A DNA stretch of 64,000 nucleotides, taken from NCBI GenBank assembly GCA_965214625.1, contig OZ243962.1:491324-555323 (forward strand), given 5' to 3'. The stretch comes from Candidatus Poriferihabitaceae bacterium. Its GTDB lineage: Bacteria; Pseudomonadota; Gammaproteobacteria; Arenicellales; Poriferihabitantaceae. The notes below the pieces were generated by a model, which ran no database searches, was not told the DNA's origin, and worked only from the letters and a program-made list of their open reading frames with translations. The translations under genes were made by a program, and so were the position numbers. Positions 19,772 to 30,822 of the stretch are shown in pieces (position 1 is the stretch's first letter; every line of letters starts with the position of its first letter).

Positions 19772-22700
19772 ATGAAAAACACCGTCACCGAGCAATTTCT
19801 CTCTACCCTCGCTCACAGGCTTAAGGGAGAACAATCCTCTGAGGAAATCGATTTTTTAAAGGCATATTACCAGCGGTTGTCCCGTCAGGATTTTGTTGAG
19901 GAACGGGCTCTGGAATTCAGGAATCTGGCACTGCGACACAAACAGCTCGGTCATGTCCGGCAACCTGGACAAACACTGATCGACATTTGCAACCAACACC
20001 CCGATGGGGTTGGGTCGAATCAGCATATCAGCACAACGGTCATCAATATTGTGATTGACGAAAAACCATTTGTTATCAATTCGTTGATGATGAAACTGAA
20101 CAGTCTCAGAAAAAATCCGATCAGACTGCTACATCCGATTTTCAAAGTAACCCGTGATGCACAGCATGCCCTGATCGCCATCGAACGGTATCAACATGAA
20201 GATGCGCTCTCAAACGACCAGTGGTTCATTGAGTGCTATATCCAATTTGTCATTGACTATGTCCCTGAACATGAACATCAGCCACTCATCGCAGCACTGG
20301 AGCAAGTAATCTTCGATATCAATGTCGTCGTGCATGACTGGAAAGACATGCGACAAGGCGCACTCGAACTTGCAGAGGTGTCCGCTTCAGAGCGGGATGC
20401 GGCGATGCCGGATGAATACAGTGCATTGTTTCGATGGATGGCCGAGGATCATTTTGCCTTTCTGGGATATTGCGAGTTAAGCGTGACACAGTCCCGAGAG
20501 AATCAAACGGTCAATCTGGTCCCCGAGTCAACACGTGGCGTCCTTCGGGCAGCAAAGCATCATGATGACGATGCGGCGCTGAAATTACTTCCCCCTATCG
20601 GATTTAGCCCCACATCACCCGTTGTATTCACCAAGACCTGTCAACAATCGACCATTCATCGCGCGAATTATATGGACTGTATTTTGTTTGATCATGGAAC
20701 CAGATCCACCCCAGACAAGACCCGACAAACAACCGTCAGTTGTATGCTTGGCTTTCTATCCGGTTCATCCGCCAGACTGCCAACCGGCGAAATTCCACAC
20801 CTTCGGGAAAAGACAGCCTACGTGCTTGAGCAAAGTGAATTTCGCAGGAGTGGATACGCCTATAAGGAACTGACCACCATTTTAGAGACACTCCCCAGAG
20901 AAAAACTCTTTCAACTGGATCGGGACAGTTTATACGCTTTATGCATGTCTCTGCTCAACCAGCAGGAAAGACGCAAGACCCGTCTTTATCTTCACAGAGA
21001 CATCTGTGGTCATTTCTATTCCTGTCTGGTTTATGTGCCACGGGATATTTTCAACAGCAAATTACGCCAGCAGATACAGACTTACCTAGCAAAGAGCCTG
21101 AAGGCGGAGGAGGTGTCATTTCAGGTTCATTTTTCCGATTCGATTTTGACGCGCATTCATTATACCGTCCATCGCAGCCGGTCTTCCGGACAGGAAATCA
21201 CCCAAAGCAAACTGGAACAGGCGGTTCAGAATATTGCCCGGGACTGGAATGACAGACTCTATGAATCGATCAGGGCCACGTCAGGGGATGAAACAGCAAA
21301 ACAGACCCTGGATATATTCAGAGATGGATTCAGCAGCAACTACCAGGACGATTTTGGAACCGAGACCGCCGTTGTTGACATTAACATCTGCAATCAATTG
21401 CAGCCAGATGAAATTAGAGCCGTCTTGGGACATTCTGAACAGGAGAAGTCACCCGGGACATCTTTGACACAGGCCAGCTTTAAAATCTATTCCATCGATT
21501 ATTCGATTCCGCTGTCCGATGTCCTGCCAGTGCTTGAGAACATGGGGGTACGGGTGCTTGGGGAACGTCCCTATCGGATTAATACGGTCAACGGACAAAG
21601 CTTCAGGATTCATGATTTCGCAATCGTACGCAAGGATGGAAAACCGTTTGATCTTGCGACCAATGGCGAGAAGTTCGAGTCAACCTTCATTCAATGTTCC
21701 GAAGGACATGTCGAAAACGACGGCTACAATCAGCTGACCTTGATTGCCAATCTGACCTGGCGACAGATTGCCCTTCTTCGAGCCTATTATAAATATCTCA
21801 AACAGATTCGCCTGCGATACAGCGAAAACTATATCATTGATGCACTGGTTTCCAACCCCGAACTGGTGGTAGCCATTATCAACTATTTCAACGAGCGTTA
21901 TCATCCGACTTCGACCGGTCACGCCGCTGATCAACGACTGGAGACGGTGCGAGGCCTGTTCGAACAGGTGCATACACTCGATGAAGACCGCATCCTTCGG
22001 GCGCTGCTTGACGTGGTGCTGGCGACGCTTAGAACAAACTACTTCCAACAACACGAAAACGGCCAGACAAAATCGTATATTTCGTTCAAGCTTTCCTCCG
22101 GTTCCATTCCCCGTATCCCTGAACCGAGTCCGAAGTTTGAAATATTTGTCTATTCGCCACGTGTCGAAGGCGTCCATTTGCGTGGTGGAGAGGTAGCCAG
22201 AGGCGGACTTCGGTGGTCGGAAAGACCCGAAGATTTCCGTACCGAGGTATTGGGCCTAGTCAAGGCACAACGGGTGAAAAATGCGGTGATTGTCCCGGTT
22301 GGATCAAAAGGAGGATTTGTTGCAAAACAACTGCCTGATGGAAACCGACAGGCTATTCAAAAAGAAGTGATTGCCTGCTATAAGATCTTTATCAGCAGTT
22401 TGCTCGATCTGACAGACAACCTCCGGAACAATCAGATTGTCCCGCCGAAAGACGTGGTTCGTCTGGACAAGGATGATCCATACCTGGTGGTGGCCGCTGA
22501 CAAGGGAACAGCGACTTTCTCGGACATTGCCAACGGCCTGTCAGAACAATACGGTTTCTGGCTCGGGGATGCCTTTGCATCAGGTGGTTCCGTGGGATAT
22601 GACCACAAAAAAATGGGGATTACCGCGCGCGGTGCATGGGAATCGGTAAAACGTCATTTCAGGGAGAGAGGCAAGGACATACAAAACACTGATTTCACCG

Positions 22701-24574
22701 TGGTCGGTATTGGCGATATGGGAGGAGATGTATTTGGCAATGGAATGCTGTTGTCCAAACATATTCGACTGATCGCTGCATTCAATCACTTGCATATCTT
22801 TATTGATCCCAATCCGGATGCGGCTGAAAGTTACCGGGAGCGCAAACGCCTTTTTGATACGCCAGGCTCCTCTTGGACGGACTATAACGAAACACTGATC
22901 TCGAAGGGAGGAGCTGTCTACTCACGGGATGCAAAATCGATCCAATTGTCTGAACAGGCCAAGTTGGCACTCGGTGCTGAAGAGAACCAATATGCTCCCA
23001 ATGACCTCATCAATATCATACTCAAATCCGAGGTTGAACTGCTGTGGAACGGGGGAATCGGGACCTATGTGAAAGCGTCGAGTGAAACCCACGCAGATGC
23101 ACAGGACCGGAATAATGACGTACTGCGTGTAGATGCCAATCAACTGCGCTGCAAGGTGATCGGGGAGGGAGGGAATCTAGGCATGACGCAACTCGGTCGG
23201 ATCGAATTCGCTCAACGTGGCGGGCTTTGTTATACCGATGCGATAGACAACTCGGCCGGGGTCGATACCTCTGATCATGAAGTCAATTTAAAAATACTGC
23301 TGAATGCGGCAATGCAGCGGGGCGATCTCAAGATGCAGCAACGTAACGCCATGCTGGCTCGTATGGAGGATGAAATCGGGGTACTTGTTCTCAACAACAA
23401 CTACATTCAAACCCAGATTCTCAGTATCGAAGCATCTTTCAGCCAAAAATTGATGCCCCAACAATCTCGTTCCATTGCCCTGCTCGAACAAAAGGGGCTG
23501 CTGAACCGGGCAATAGAATATCTTCCGGATGATGCAACATTAAAGGAAAGAATGGACAGCGGAAACTATCTCACCCGACCAGAGATCGCCGTCCTGCTGT
23601 CCTACAGCAAAATGAATCTTTATCAAAATCTGCTGCATACCACCTTGCCGGATGAAGCCTATCTGTCGAGTGAAATCATGCGCTATTTCCCCAAACTGAT
23701 GACGCGGAAATACCCTGAACTGATCCAGCAACATCGACTGAAACGGGAAATCATCTCAACGCAACTGACCAATGAACTGGTCGGTATCATGGGGCCCTCG
23801 TTCCATTTGCGACTGGCCGACCTGACCGATGCCAGCGTCGAATCTATCTGTCGTGCCTATGTCACTGCGAGAGGCATCCTGTCAATTGAAGCGATCAACA
23901 CACAGGTCCGTGAACTGGACAATCAGGTCAGCGCCCAGCTGCAGATGGAATGCCTGACACAGTGTGCAACCGCAATGGAATCCGCCATGACATGGTTGAT
24001 CAGAAATAACGAGGGCCCGTTCGACATCGAACAGACGGTCACTCAATTCGCCAAGCCCTATCAGAAATTATGCCGTGATGTTGAAAAGTCGACGGCATCT
24101 GTAGCCGAAAGCTTCCTCGATACAGTAAACCACTATACGGGAAGAGGGCTGCCCCCTGCCCTGTCGAAACAAATCGCATCACTGATGACTTTATCGCATG
24201 CAATGGATATCATTGATATTGCTAGAGTGCATGGGAAATCAGCGGGCACGGTACGCGATGTTTATTTCCAGGTGTCCGATCAACTGGGATTGAACTGGCT
24301 GCAACACGCGATTGTGGCTTTACCGGTCACGAGCACATGGCATGAACGGGCACAATTCAGTTTGTCAGATGATCTCAGGGTGACACACGCGGCCATTACC
24401 TCCCGCGTCTTGAGTCAGGGCGGTACGGCCGGTAAAGCCCTGGAGCGCTGGATATCAAAAAACCGTAAAACAGTGAATAGTCTCAGCGACATGTTCTCGC
24501 ATTTGAAAGAAGAAGTCAGCGTGGATTTCGCCATGCTGTCCGTATTGGTGAGCGAACTGAATCGGTTACGTTAA
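19772..24574 (+). CDS. gdhB: NAD-specific glutamate dehydrogenase, large (~180 kDa) type
   Basis: 1600 aa. The central catalytic signature is RGGLRWSERPEDFRTEVLGLVKAQRVKNAVIVPVGSKGGFV together with VVAADKGTATFSD. Size and layout are typical of the Bac_GDH family. Confidence 0.92.
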   Translation: MKNTVTEQFLSTLAHRLKGEQSSEEIDFLKAYYQRLSRQDFVEERALEFRNLALRHKQLGHVRQPGQTLIDICNQHPDGVGSNQHISTTVINIVIDEKPFVINSLMMKLNSLRKNPIRLLHPIFKVTRDAQHALIAIERYQHEDALSNDQWFIECYIQFVIDYVPEHEHQPLIAALEQVIFDINVVVHDWKDMRQGALELAEVSASERDAAMPDEYSALFRWMAEDHFAFLGYCELSVTQSRENQTVNLVPESTRGVLRAAKHHDDDAALKLLPPIGFSPTSPVVFTKTCQQSTIHRANYMDCILFDHGTRSTPDKTRQTTVSCMLGFLSGSSARLPTGEIPHLREKTAYVLEQSEFRRSGYAYKELTTILETLPREKLFQLDRDSLYALCMSLLNQQERRKTRLYLHRDICGHFYSCLVYVPRDIFNSKLRQQIQTYLAKSLKAEEVSFQVHFSDSILTRIHYTVHRSRSSGQEITQSKLEQAVQNIARDWNDRLYESIRATSGDETAKQTLDIFRDGFSSNYQDDFGTETAVVDINICNQLQPDEIRAVLGHSEQEKSPGTSLTQASFKIYSIDYSIPLSDVLPVLENMGVRVLGERPYRINTVNGQSFRIHDFAIVRKDGKPFDLATNGEKFESTFIQCSEGHVENDGYNQLTLIANLTWRQIALLRAYYKYLKQIRLRYSENYIIDALVSNPELVVAIINYFNERYHPTSTGHAADQRLETVRGLFEQVHTLDEDRILRALLDVVLATLRTNYFQQHENGQTKSYISFKLSSGSIPRIPEPSPKFEIFVYSPRVEGVHLRGGEVARGGLRWSERPEDFRTEVLGLVKAQRVKNAVIVPVGSKGGFVAKQLPDGNRQAIQKEVIACYKIFISSLLDLTDNLRNNQIVPPKDVVRLDKDDPYLVVAADKGTATFSDIANGLSEQYGFWLGDAFASGGSVGYDHKKMGITARGAWESVKRHFRERGKDIQNTDFTVVGIGDMGGDVFGNGMLLSKHIRLIAAFNHLHIFIDPNPDAAESYRERKRLFDTPGSSWTDYNETLISKGGAVYSRDAKSIQLSEQAKLALGAEENQYAPNDLINIILKSEVELLWNGGIGTYVKASSETHADAQDRNNDVLRVDANQLRCKVIGEGGNLGMTQLGRIEFAQRGGLCYTDAIDNSAGVDTSDHEVNLKILLNAAMQRGDLKMQQRNAMLARMEDEIGVLVLNNNYIQTQILSIEASFSQKLMPQQSRSIALLEQKGLLNRAIEYLPDDATLKERMDSGNYLTRPEIAVLLSYSKMNLYQNLLHTTLPDEAYLSSEIMRYFPKLMTRKYPELIQQHRLKREIISTQLTNELVGIMGPSFHLRLADLTDASVESICRAYVTARGILSIEAINTQVRELDNQVSAQLQMECLTQCATAMESAMTWLIRNNEGPFDIEQTVTQFAKPYQKLCRDVEKSTASVAESFLDTVNHYTGRGLPPALSKQIASLMTLSHAMDIIDIARVHGKSAGTVRDVYFQVSDQLGLNWLQHAIVALPVTSTWHERAQFSLSDDLRVTHAAITSRVLSQGGTAGKALERWISKNRKTVNSLSDMFSHLKEEVSVDFAMLSVLVSELNRLR

Positions 24575-24690
24575 ATTGGGTTGTCTGCGAAACTGTTCCG
24601 GATTATGACTTTTTCCGGTGACGTATATTTTCATTGGTGAAAGACCGACGTTCCCGAATACTCAATCTCAGCGTATTGGCGGCAGGGTGA

Positions 24691-25278
24691 ATGAATGATT
24701 CTGGATTCGTTGCGGTCAAGCCCATTGCGATGAATAATGTGCTGCCCATCCCTCAATCCGGTTTCTGGGTTTTCGGATATGGATCTTTGATGTGGGATCC
24801 CGGTTTTTTGTTTATTCGTTCCCAAAAGGCACAATTGTTTGGCTATCACCGGCGACTTTGCCTGTGGTCCACGCGCTACCGGGGGACACATACCCAACCA
24901 GGATTGGTATTGGGTCTGGACCGCGGGGGGTCTTGTATCGGAATGGCCTATCTGGTTGATGAAAAACACCGCTCGCAAACAGCCGAGTATTTATATGATC
25001 GGGAAATGATCAGCGATGCCTATCAGCCGATTATCAAGAAACTCTATCTTGAAGATCGATCCGTTGCCGATGCGCTGACTTTTGTCAGCAAACCATGGCA
25101 TTCCCAGTATGCCCCGCAATTGACGATCGACGAAACGGTGGCCATTGTCAAAAACGCCTGTGGACAGAAGGGTCCCAACAGTGAATACATATTGAGGACC
25201 GTCGATCACCTCAATCAGTGCGGTGTCCACAACACCGTATTGCATGGCATCTCAAAAACACTGGAGTTGCAATTATGA
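24691..25278 (+). CDS. chaC: ChaC-family gamma-glutamylcyclotransferase
   Basis: 195 aa with FWVFGYGSLMWDPGF and LVLGLDRGGSCIGMAY, both typical ChaC motifs. The start could instead be the internal MNNVLP. Confidence 0.8.
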   Translation: MNDSGFVAVKPIAMNNVLPIPQSGFWVFGYGSLMWDPGFLFIRSQKAQLFGYHRRLCLWSTRYRGTHTQPGLVLGLDRGGSCIGMAYLVDEKHRSQTAEYLYDREMISDAYQPIIKKLYLEDRSVADALTFVSKPWHSQYAPQLTIDETVAIVKNACGQKGPNSEYILRTVDHLNQCGVHNTVLHGISKTLELQL

Positions 25279-25397
25279 CAGTGGACCGGTCGGTCACAAT
25301 GACCGATTGATTGACAGCGCTTCAGTATCCCTGTTGCCGACAGCTATCCGGTCTGATTCAATCCAATTACACACTTCAATCCTTGGGAGTTATTTTT

Positions 25398-25751
25398 ATG
25401 AGTGAAGAAACGCTTTTCAGTAAAATTGTCAACCGGGAAATACCGGCCGACATTGTTTTTCAGGATGATGAAGTCACCGCCTTTCGGGATATCCGCCCCC
25501 AGGCACCGACACATATCCTGATTGTACCGAACAAGATCATTCCTTCAGTCAACGACATCACATCTGAAGATCAGTCGACACTGGGGCACTTGTTTGTCGT
25601 GGCGAAACAGCTTGCCGAACAAGAAGGGATTGCACAGGACGGTTATCGGTTACTCATCAACTGTGGGCAGCACGGCTGTCAGGAAGTCTATCATCTCCAC
25701 ATGCACCTCGTCGGTGGACGTCCCTTGGGCGGCATGTTGAACCCGTTATAA
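25398..25751 (+). CDS. hinT: HIT-family purine nucleoside phosphoramidase
   Basis: [46 protein letters not shown] ... HLHMHLVGG, with the histidine triad. I chose the ATG at 25398, preceded by GGGAG. The track ORF from 25311 adds an unlikely 29-aa extension. Confidence 0.9.
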   Translation: MSEETLFSKIVNREIPADIVFQDDEVTAFRDIRPQAPTHILIVPNKIIPSVNDITSEDQSTLGHLFVVAKQLAEQEGIAQDGYRLLINCGQHGCQEVYHLHMHLVGGRPLGGMLNPL

Positions 25752-25993
25752 CCGATCGAATGGGTAATCTCTCGATATCCTAAACAGGCAGTATGACAGG
25801 CTAGAACTCTGCTAACGAACAGGCCGGCATGATGAACTTGCCCCTTCAAGAGAGTCTGTCAGCCCGGTCACCCGTCCTGTCCGTTGGTCCGGATGGGACA
25901 CGGGACAGTCACCCTGTATCGCCAAATTCCAGTTGCGGTATCGCTGCCACCCCATCCGCCTGAACATCACGGCGACGGTTATCCGTCGCGGTT

Positions 25994-26488
25994 TTAGGTT
26001 TCCGCTGTTTTGCGCATCGTTGACTGCAGTAACACGACACAATAGGCCGCTATCCCCTCTTCCCTTCCACAAAATCCCAGTCGCTCCGTGGTCGTCGCCT
26101 TGACACTGACTTGATTCAATGCAATACCGAGATCCGAAGCAATATGTCGACGCATCGCCGGAATATACGGTGACAATCTCGGCTTTTCAGCGACAATGAT
26201 ACAGTCAAGGTTCAGTACCTGCCATTTCTCCTCAACCATTATTTCCCTTGTCCGGCGAACAAACTGACGGCTATCCACATTTTTATACTCGACCTTCGAA
26301 GGCGGAAAATGTTGTCCGATATCCCCTTTGGCCATTGCGCCAAGACAGGCATCGCAGATGACGTGCAACAGTACATCGGCATCAGAGTGTCCCGCCAGTC
26401 CCATCGGCCAATCAATATCGACACCCCCAATCACCAACGGTCGGCCCTCGACCAGTGGATGCACATCATAACCGTTTCCCACTCTCAT
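25994..26488 (-). CDS. ispF: 2-C-methyl-D-erythritol 2,4-cyclodiphosphate synthase
   Basis: MRVGNGYDVHPLVEGRPLVIGGVDIDWPMGLAGHSDADVLLHVICDACLGA. There is a 4-nt ATGA overlap with ispD. Confidence 0.95.
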   Translation of the reverse strand: MRVGNGYDVHPLVEGRPLVIGGVDIDWPMGLAGHSDADVLLHVICDACLGAMAKGDIGQHFPPSKVEYKNVDSRQFVRRTREIMVEEKWQVLNLDCIIVAEKPRLSPYIPAMRRHIASDLGIALNQVSVKATTTERLGFCGREEGIAAYCVVLLQSTMRKTAET

Positions 26489-27198
26489 GTCGTTGCTCCC
26501 GATATAATCGCTTCCGCAGTACGCAAATCCGATTCCAGTGTAATTTTTATATTCGTCGAATGGCTTTCGATCAATTGAGGCCGTCTCCCCATGTACTCCA
26601 TAGCACAGGACTCATCAAAAACCGCTTGGTTCTGCGCGATACACGATTCAAGTGCCTGTCTTAACGGACCCAGGGGAAAGATTTGCGGCGTCACCGCCCG
26701 CCAGTAACTTTCGCGTGGAACTGTTTCGGTAATCTTGTTGTCACGATTGGATTTCTTCAATGTATCGTGGACCGGGATACCGAGCAGTGCACCATCCGGG
26801 TTTTCAGTCAGACAATTCACCAGTTTCTGTATGTCATCTTGCCGCACACAAGGTCGAACCGCATCATGGACCAACACCCAATCCCCGGGGGCAGCAACGT
26901 GTGATTGCACCAGAAAATGAATCGCATTCAAGACCGTATCGGCCCGTTCCGCCCCCCCATTGGCAATGCCGATGAGTTTGTCGTGATCAAATCGGCACCG
27001 CTCCCAGAAATCATCCTTCTGGCGAATACCGATGACGACCCCGTCAATGCAATTGACGGCACATAACCGCCTGAGCGTATGCACCAGTACCGGTTCTCCG
27101 GCGAGCAACAAATACTGCTTGGGGACCGGCGCTTTCATTCTACTGCCGAATCCGGCTGCAGGCACAATCCCCCAGATTTTGGGCTGTTTCCCCTTCAC
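26485..27198 (-). CDS. ispD: 2-C-methyl-D-erythritol 4-phosphate cytidylyltransferase (start uncertain)
   Basis: IWGIVPAAGFGSRMKAPVPKQYLLLAGEPVLVHTL. The track ORF runs to 27393, which would overlap the divergent mfd start. The GTG at 27198 gives (M)KGKQPKIWGIVPAAG, matching the ~10-residue lead seen in E. coli IspD. The ATG at 27303 is an alternative. Confidence 0.85.
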   Translation of the reverse strand: MKGKQPKIWGIVPAAGFGSRMKAPVPKQYLLLAGEPVLVHTLRRLCAVNCIDGVVIGIRQKDDFWERCRFDHDKLIGIANGGAERADTVLNAIHFLVQSHVAAPGDWVLVHDAVRPCVRQDDIQKLVNCLTENPDGALLGIPVHDTLKKSNRDNKITETVPRESYWRAVTPQIFPLGPLRQALESCIAQNQAVFDESCAMEYMGRRPQLIESHSTNIKITLESDLRTAEAIISGATT

Positions 27199-27295
27199 GT
27201 CGGGTAATTCTCCGGTTTTTACTATGTTTTCAATATCGTGACAGTTAAAATCCGCGACACTCGATGTACGACAATCATCCTCTTTAGCCTGCACA

Positions 27296-30200
27296 ATGCT
27301 CATACCCGCGCTCAATCCGGTTCTCCCGGGAAAAAGCAACCCCGCGCGATGGAGCAATCTGCCCGGCTCGGCCTTTGGTCTTGCGATCGCCAAGGCCGCA
27401 GAACAATCAGCACATCCGCTTGTGATTGTACTCGATGAACCGAGACAACTTCAGATTCTCGAAGCAGAACTGCATTTTTTCCTGTCTCAGGAACAACCAC
27501 TACCCATATTGCACTTCCCGAGTTGGGAGTGCCTGCCCTACGATGTCTTCTCGCCCCACCCGAGCATCATATCAGAACGACTGCGCATTCTTGCCAATTT
27601 ACCCCATCTTGAAAACGGGATTGTGTTGACAACCTGCGCCAATCTGATGCAACGGCTTCCCCCGGTCGAATATGTGTCAGGGCACTCCCTTTGGCTGACA
27701 ACAGGACAAAGAATCAACATCGAGGCCTTGCGAAGGCAACTCATATCCGCCAACTACCTCTCGGTCGATCAGGTCACCTCACCCGGCGAATTTGCGGTTC
27801 GGGGCGGCCTGATTGACCTCTTTCCAATGGGCGTTGACAATCCATTTCGAGTGGATCTGTTTGATGACGAAATCGAATCGATACGGACTTTCGACCCATC
27901 GACACAACGTTCCACCGGCCATATCAATAAGATTGAACTGCTACCGGCCAAGGAATTCCCGATGACCGAACAGGCAATCAAACGCTTTCGTGCCGCATTT
28001 CGCCTCAAGTTTGAGGGGGATCCGAGACAACAGACAGTCTATAGCGAAATCAGCAAGGGCCACACCCCTGCCGGTACCGAGTTTTTCTTTTCCCTGTTTT
28101 TCGAGGACACTGCATCGTTATTTGACTACTTGCCACCAGAACACATCTTGATTCTGGAACAGGATATAGAACAAGTGTCCCAATCGTTATGGGGAGAAAT
28201 ACAGGATCGTTACGTCAGTGCCAACTACACCGTTTCCCGTCAAGTCCTTCCTCCTGACAGTCTATATATTTCGCCTGATCAACTTGCCCAATACATCAAA
28301 TCACGCAAACATATCATTCATCATCGCGAAAAATCGAGTGCTCAATTCTGGGTGGCCCCCTTTGATCATCATCAACAATTTCCGGTTGATCCCAGGAAAC
28401 ACGCCCCCTACCAGCCTCTGCTGAATCATCTCACTCACTCGAGTCATCGTATTCTTTTGGTGACTGAAACCGCGGGTAGACAGGATGCAATGCGAGAGTT
28501 GCTACACGCCAATGGACTGCACACCGTTGCGTACAACAACTTCAAGGATTTTTACCAATCTCAGAACATGAATATCGGCTTGAGCGTGGCGATGCTGGAG
28601 CGGGGATTGAAAAGTACATTCCTTCAGATTGAAGTCATCACCGAAAGTCAACTCTATGGTGACCGGGTCTTTCAGCGCAGAAGAAGAAGTGCCCAGTCCC
28701 TCGACCCCGAATCCATCATCAAATCCCTGGCCGAACTGAATATCGGAGACCCGGTTGTGCATAGCGAGCACGGTATCGGACGGTATCGGGGGCTCAAAAA
28801 TCTCAACATCGCAGGAGAAGAAACCGAATTTTTGACATTGGAATATCAAGACAATGACAAGCTTTATATTCCGGTTCTCTCTCTCAATCTGATCAGTCGG
28901 TTCATTGGCGGGTCGCCTGATACCGCACCGATCCATCGACTAGGCAGCAACCAGTGGGAAAACGCCAAAAAAAGAGCCAGAGAAAAAGCCTATGACGTGG
29001 CAACAGAACTACTGGAAGTCGCAGCATTGCGAACGGCCAGGGGAGGGGTGGCCTTTGACATTCCCAAAGATGACTATCAGGCCTTTGTCAGTCGATTTCC
29101 ATTCGAAGAGACGCCGGACCAAGCACAAGCTATCAGTGAAGTACTGGCTGATCTGAGTGTCAAGGAACCAATGGACAGACTGGTCTGTGGGGATGTCGGA
29201 TTCGGCAAGACTGAAGTGGCACTCAGGGCGGCTTATATTGTCGCCAGCAACGACAGGCAGGTTGCCATTCTGGTCCCCACAACGCTGTTGGCGCAGCAAC
29301 ATTACCAGATCTTCGCTGATCGATTCGCCGATACACCCCTCACCATTGGCACCTTGTCGCGATTCAACAGCAAAAAACACGCCTCGGAGATACTGTCGCG
29401 TCTGAAACAGGGGTTACTGGATATCGTTATCGGCACACATAGATTGCTCCAGGACGATGTGCATATCAAGAATCTGGGCTTGCTGATCATCGATGAGGAA
29501 CATCGCTTTGGTGTTCGACAAAAGGAAAGGATCAAGCAACTTAAAAGTCAGGTTGACATCCTGACGCTGACAGCGACTCCGATTCCAAGGACTTTGAATA
29601 TCACGCTGTCGAAATTAAGATCGATTTCCATTATCGCCACACCACCCAATCATCGCCTGTCTATCAAGACCTTTATCAGGGAATGGAACCCGGGGTTGAT
29701 CCGGGAAGCCTGCCTGAGGGAGATTCGACGGGGTGGACAGGTTTATTTTTTGCACAACGATGTCAGAACCATCGAAAAAACGGTGCAGGAACTCGCTGAA
29801 TTGGTCCCCGAAGCCAGCATCGATTTCGGACACGGCCAAATGGGAGATCTCCAGCTTGAGCACGTCATGCAGAATTTTTACCACCAGCGATTCAATATTC
29901 TGGTGTGTACCACGATCATCGAAAGCGGTATTGACATTCCGTCTGCCAATACCATTATCATCCATCGTGCAGACCGGTTCGGATTGGCACAGCTTCATCA
30001 GATACGCGGCCGCGTTGGTCGATCTCATCATCAAGCCTATGCCTATCTGCTCATCCCGGATCGGAAACTACTCACAAAAAATGCCGAAAAACGGCTGGAT
30101 GCGATTGATTCCATGGAAGATCTTGGCTCTGGATTTGCACTCGCCTCACACGACCTCGAAATTCGCGGTGCGGGGGAGTTGCTCGGTGAAACCCAAAGTG

Positions 30201-30760
30201 GCTCGATCGATACAATCGGATTTTCACTGTACAGTGAGTATCTCGCTCAAGCCGTCAGGTCCATAAAGTCCGGCCAAATCCCGGTGGAATCGAAGAGTAA
30301 CGACTCACATCCAGCCACCGTGATTGACGTACAAGCCCCTGCCTTGTTTCCTGAAGACTATCTGGCCAATGCACATACCCGACTGATCCTGTACAAACGC
30401 ATCGCCAGCGCCTTGTCTGATCAGGAATTGGATGAATTGCAAATCGAGACCATTGACCGATTTGGCCTACTACCCGAATCGGCCAAAAATCTCTTCAGGC
30501 TGACTTCGATTCGATTACAGGCGGAAAAGCGCAACATTCGAAAAATCGAGATGACCGAGCAAGGGGGAACCATCGAGTTTGGTGAACACCCAATGATTGA
30601 TCCTGCCATCATCTTTCAGATGATTCAGCAATCTCCTCATCACTATCAATTATCAGGTCCGAACGCATTTAGGATAAAGGGTCAATTTACCGATGCGGAT
30701 GAACGAATCAGAAAAATTGAATCCGTTTTAACCGTACTGACTCGCGAGGAACAGGTTTAG
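27296..30760 (+). CDS. mfd: transcription-repair coupling factor
   Basis: 1154 aa with a UvrB-homology N-terminus, an RNAP-interacting domain and superfamily 2 helicase motifs (GDVGFGKTEVALRAA, DEEHRFGV, TATPIPRTL). Confidence 0.95.
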   Translation: MLIPALNPVLPGKSNPARWSNLPGSAFGLAIAKAAEQSAHPLVIVLDEPRQLQILEAELHFFLSQEQPLPILHFPSWECLPYDVFSPHPSIISERLRILANLPHLENGIVLTTCANLMQRLPPVEYVSGHSLWLTTGQRINIEALRRQLISANYLSVDQVTSPGEFAVRGGLIDLFPMGVDNPFRVDLFDDEIESIRTFDPSTQRSTGHINKIELLPAKEFPMTEQAIKRFRAAFRLKFEGDPRQQTVYSEISKGHTPAGTEFFFSLFFEDTASLFDYLPPEHILILEQDIEQVSQSLWGEIQDRYVSANYTVSRQVLPPDSLYISPDQLAQYIKSRKHIIHHREKSSAQFWVAPFDHHQQFPVDPRKHAPYQPLLNHLTHSSHRILLVTETAGRQDAMRELLHANGLHTVAYNNFKDFYQSQNMNIGLSVAMLERGLKSTFLQIEVITESQLYGDRVFQRRRRSAQSLDPESIIKSLAELNIGDPVVHSEHGIGRYRGLKNLNIAGEETEFLTLEYQDNDKLYIPVLSLNLISRFIGGSPDTAPIHRLGSNQWENAKKRAREKAYDVATELLEVAALRTARGGVAFDIPKDDYQAFVSRFPFEETPDQAQAISEVLADLSVKEPMDRLVCGDVGFGKTEVALRAAYIVASNDRQVAILVPTTLLAQQHYQIFADRFADTPLTIGTLSRFNSKKHASEILSRLKQGLLDIVIGTHRLLQDDVHIKNLGLLIIDEEHRFGVRQKERIKQLKSQVDILTLTATPIPRTLNITLSKLRSISIIATPPNHRLSIKTFIREWNPGLIREACLREIRRGGQVYFLHNDVRTIEKTVQELAELVPEASIDFGHGQMGDLQLEHVMQNFYHQRFNILVCTTIIESGIDIPSANTIIIHRADRFGLAQLHQIRGRVGRSHHQAYAYLLIPDRKLLTKNAEKRLDAIDSMEDLGSGFALASHDLEIRGAGELLGETQSGSIDTIGFSLYSEYLAQAVRSIKSGQIPVESKSNDSHPATVIDVQAPALFPEDYLANAHTRLILYKRIASALSDQELDELQIETIDRFGLLPESAKNLFRLTSIRLQAEKRNIRKIEMTEQGGTIEFGEHPMIDPAIIFQMIQQSPHHYQLSGPNAFRIKGQFTDADERIRKIESVLTVLTREEQV

Positions 30761-30822
30761 CCATCCACTAATCGGATGATGGGCTTATGCTATACTGCGA
30801 AGACGGATTTTTGTTCAGAACC

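Noticed and set aside
25752-26072. An 86-aa minus-strand ORF (25812-26072) and imperfect repeats in the convergent hinT/ispF spacer.
   Set aside because: The ORF overlaps the ispF 3' end in another frame and is Arg/Gly-rich. The repeats are short and imperfect.
27199-27393. An apparent head-to-head overlap of the ispD ORF (to 27393) with the divergent mfd start at 27296.
   Set aside because: The extension has no similarity to IspD. A GTG at 27198 gives the expected N-terminal length and leaves a normal ~97-bp divergent promoter region. This is an ORF-calling artefact rather than overlapping genes.
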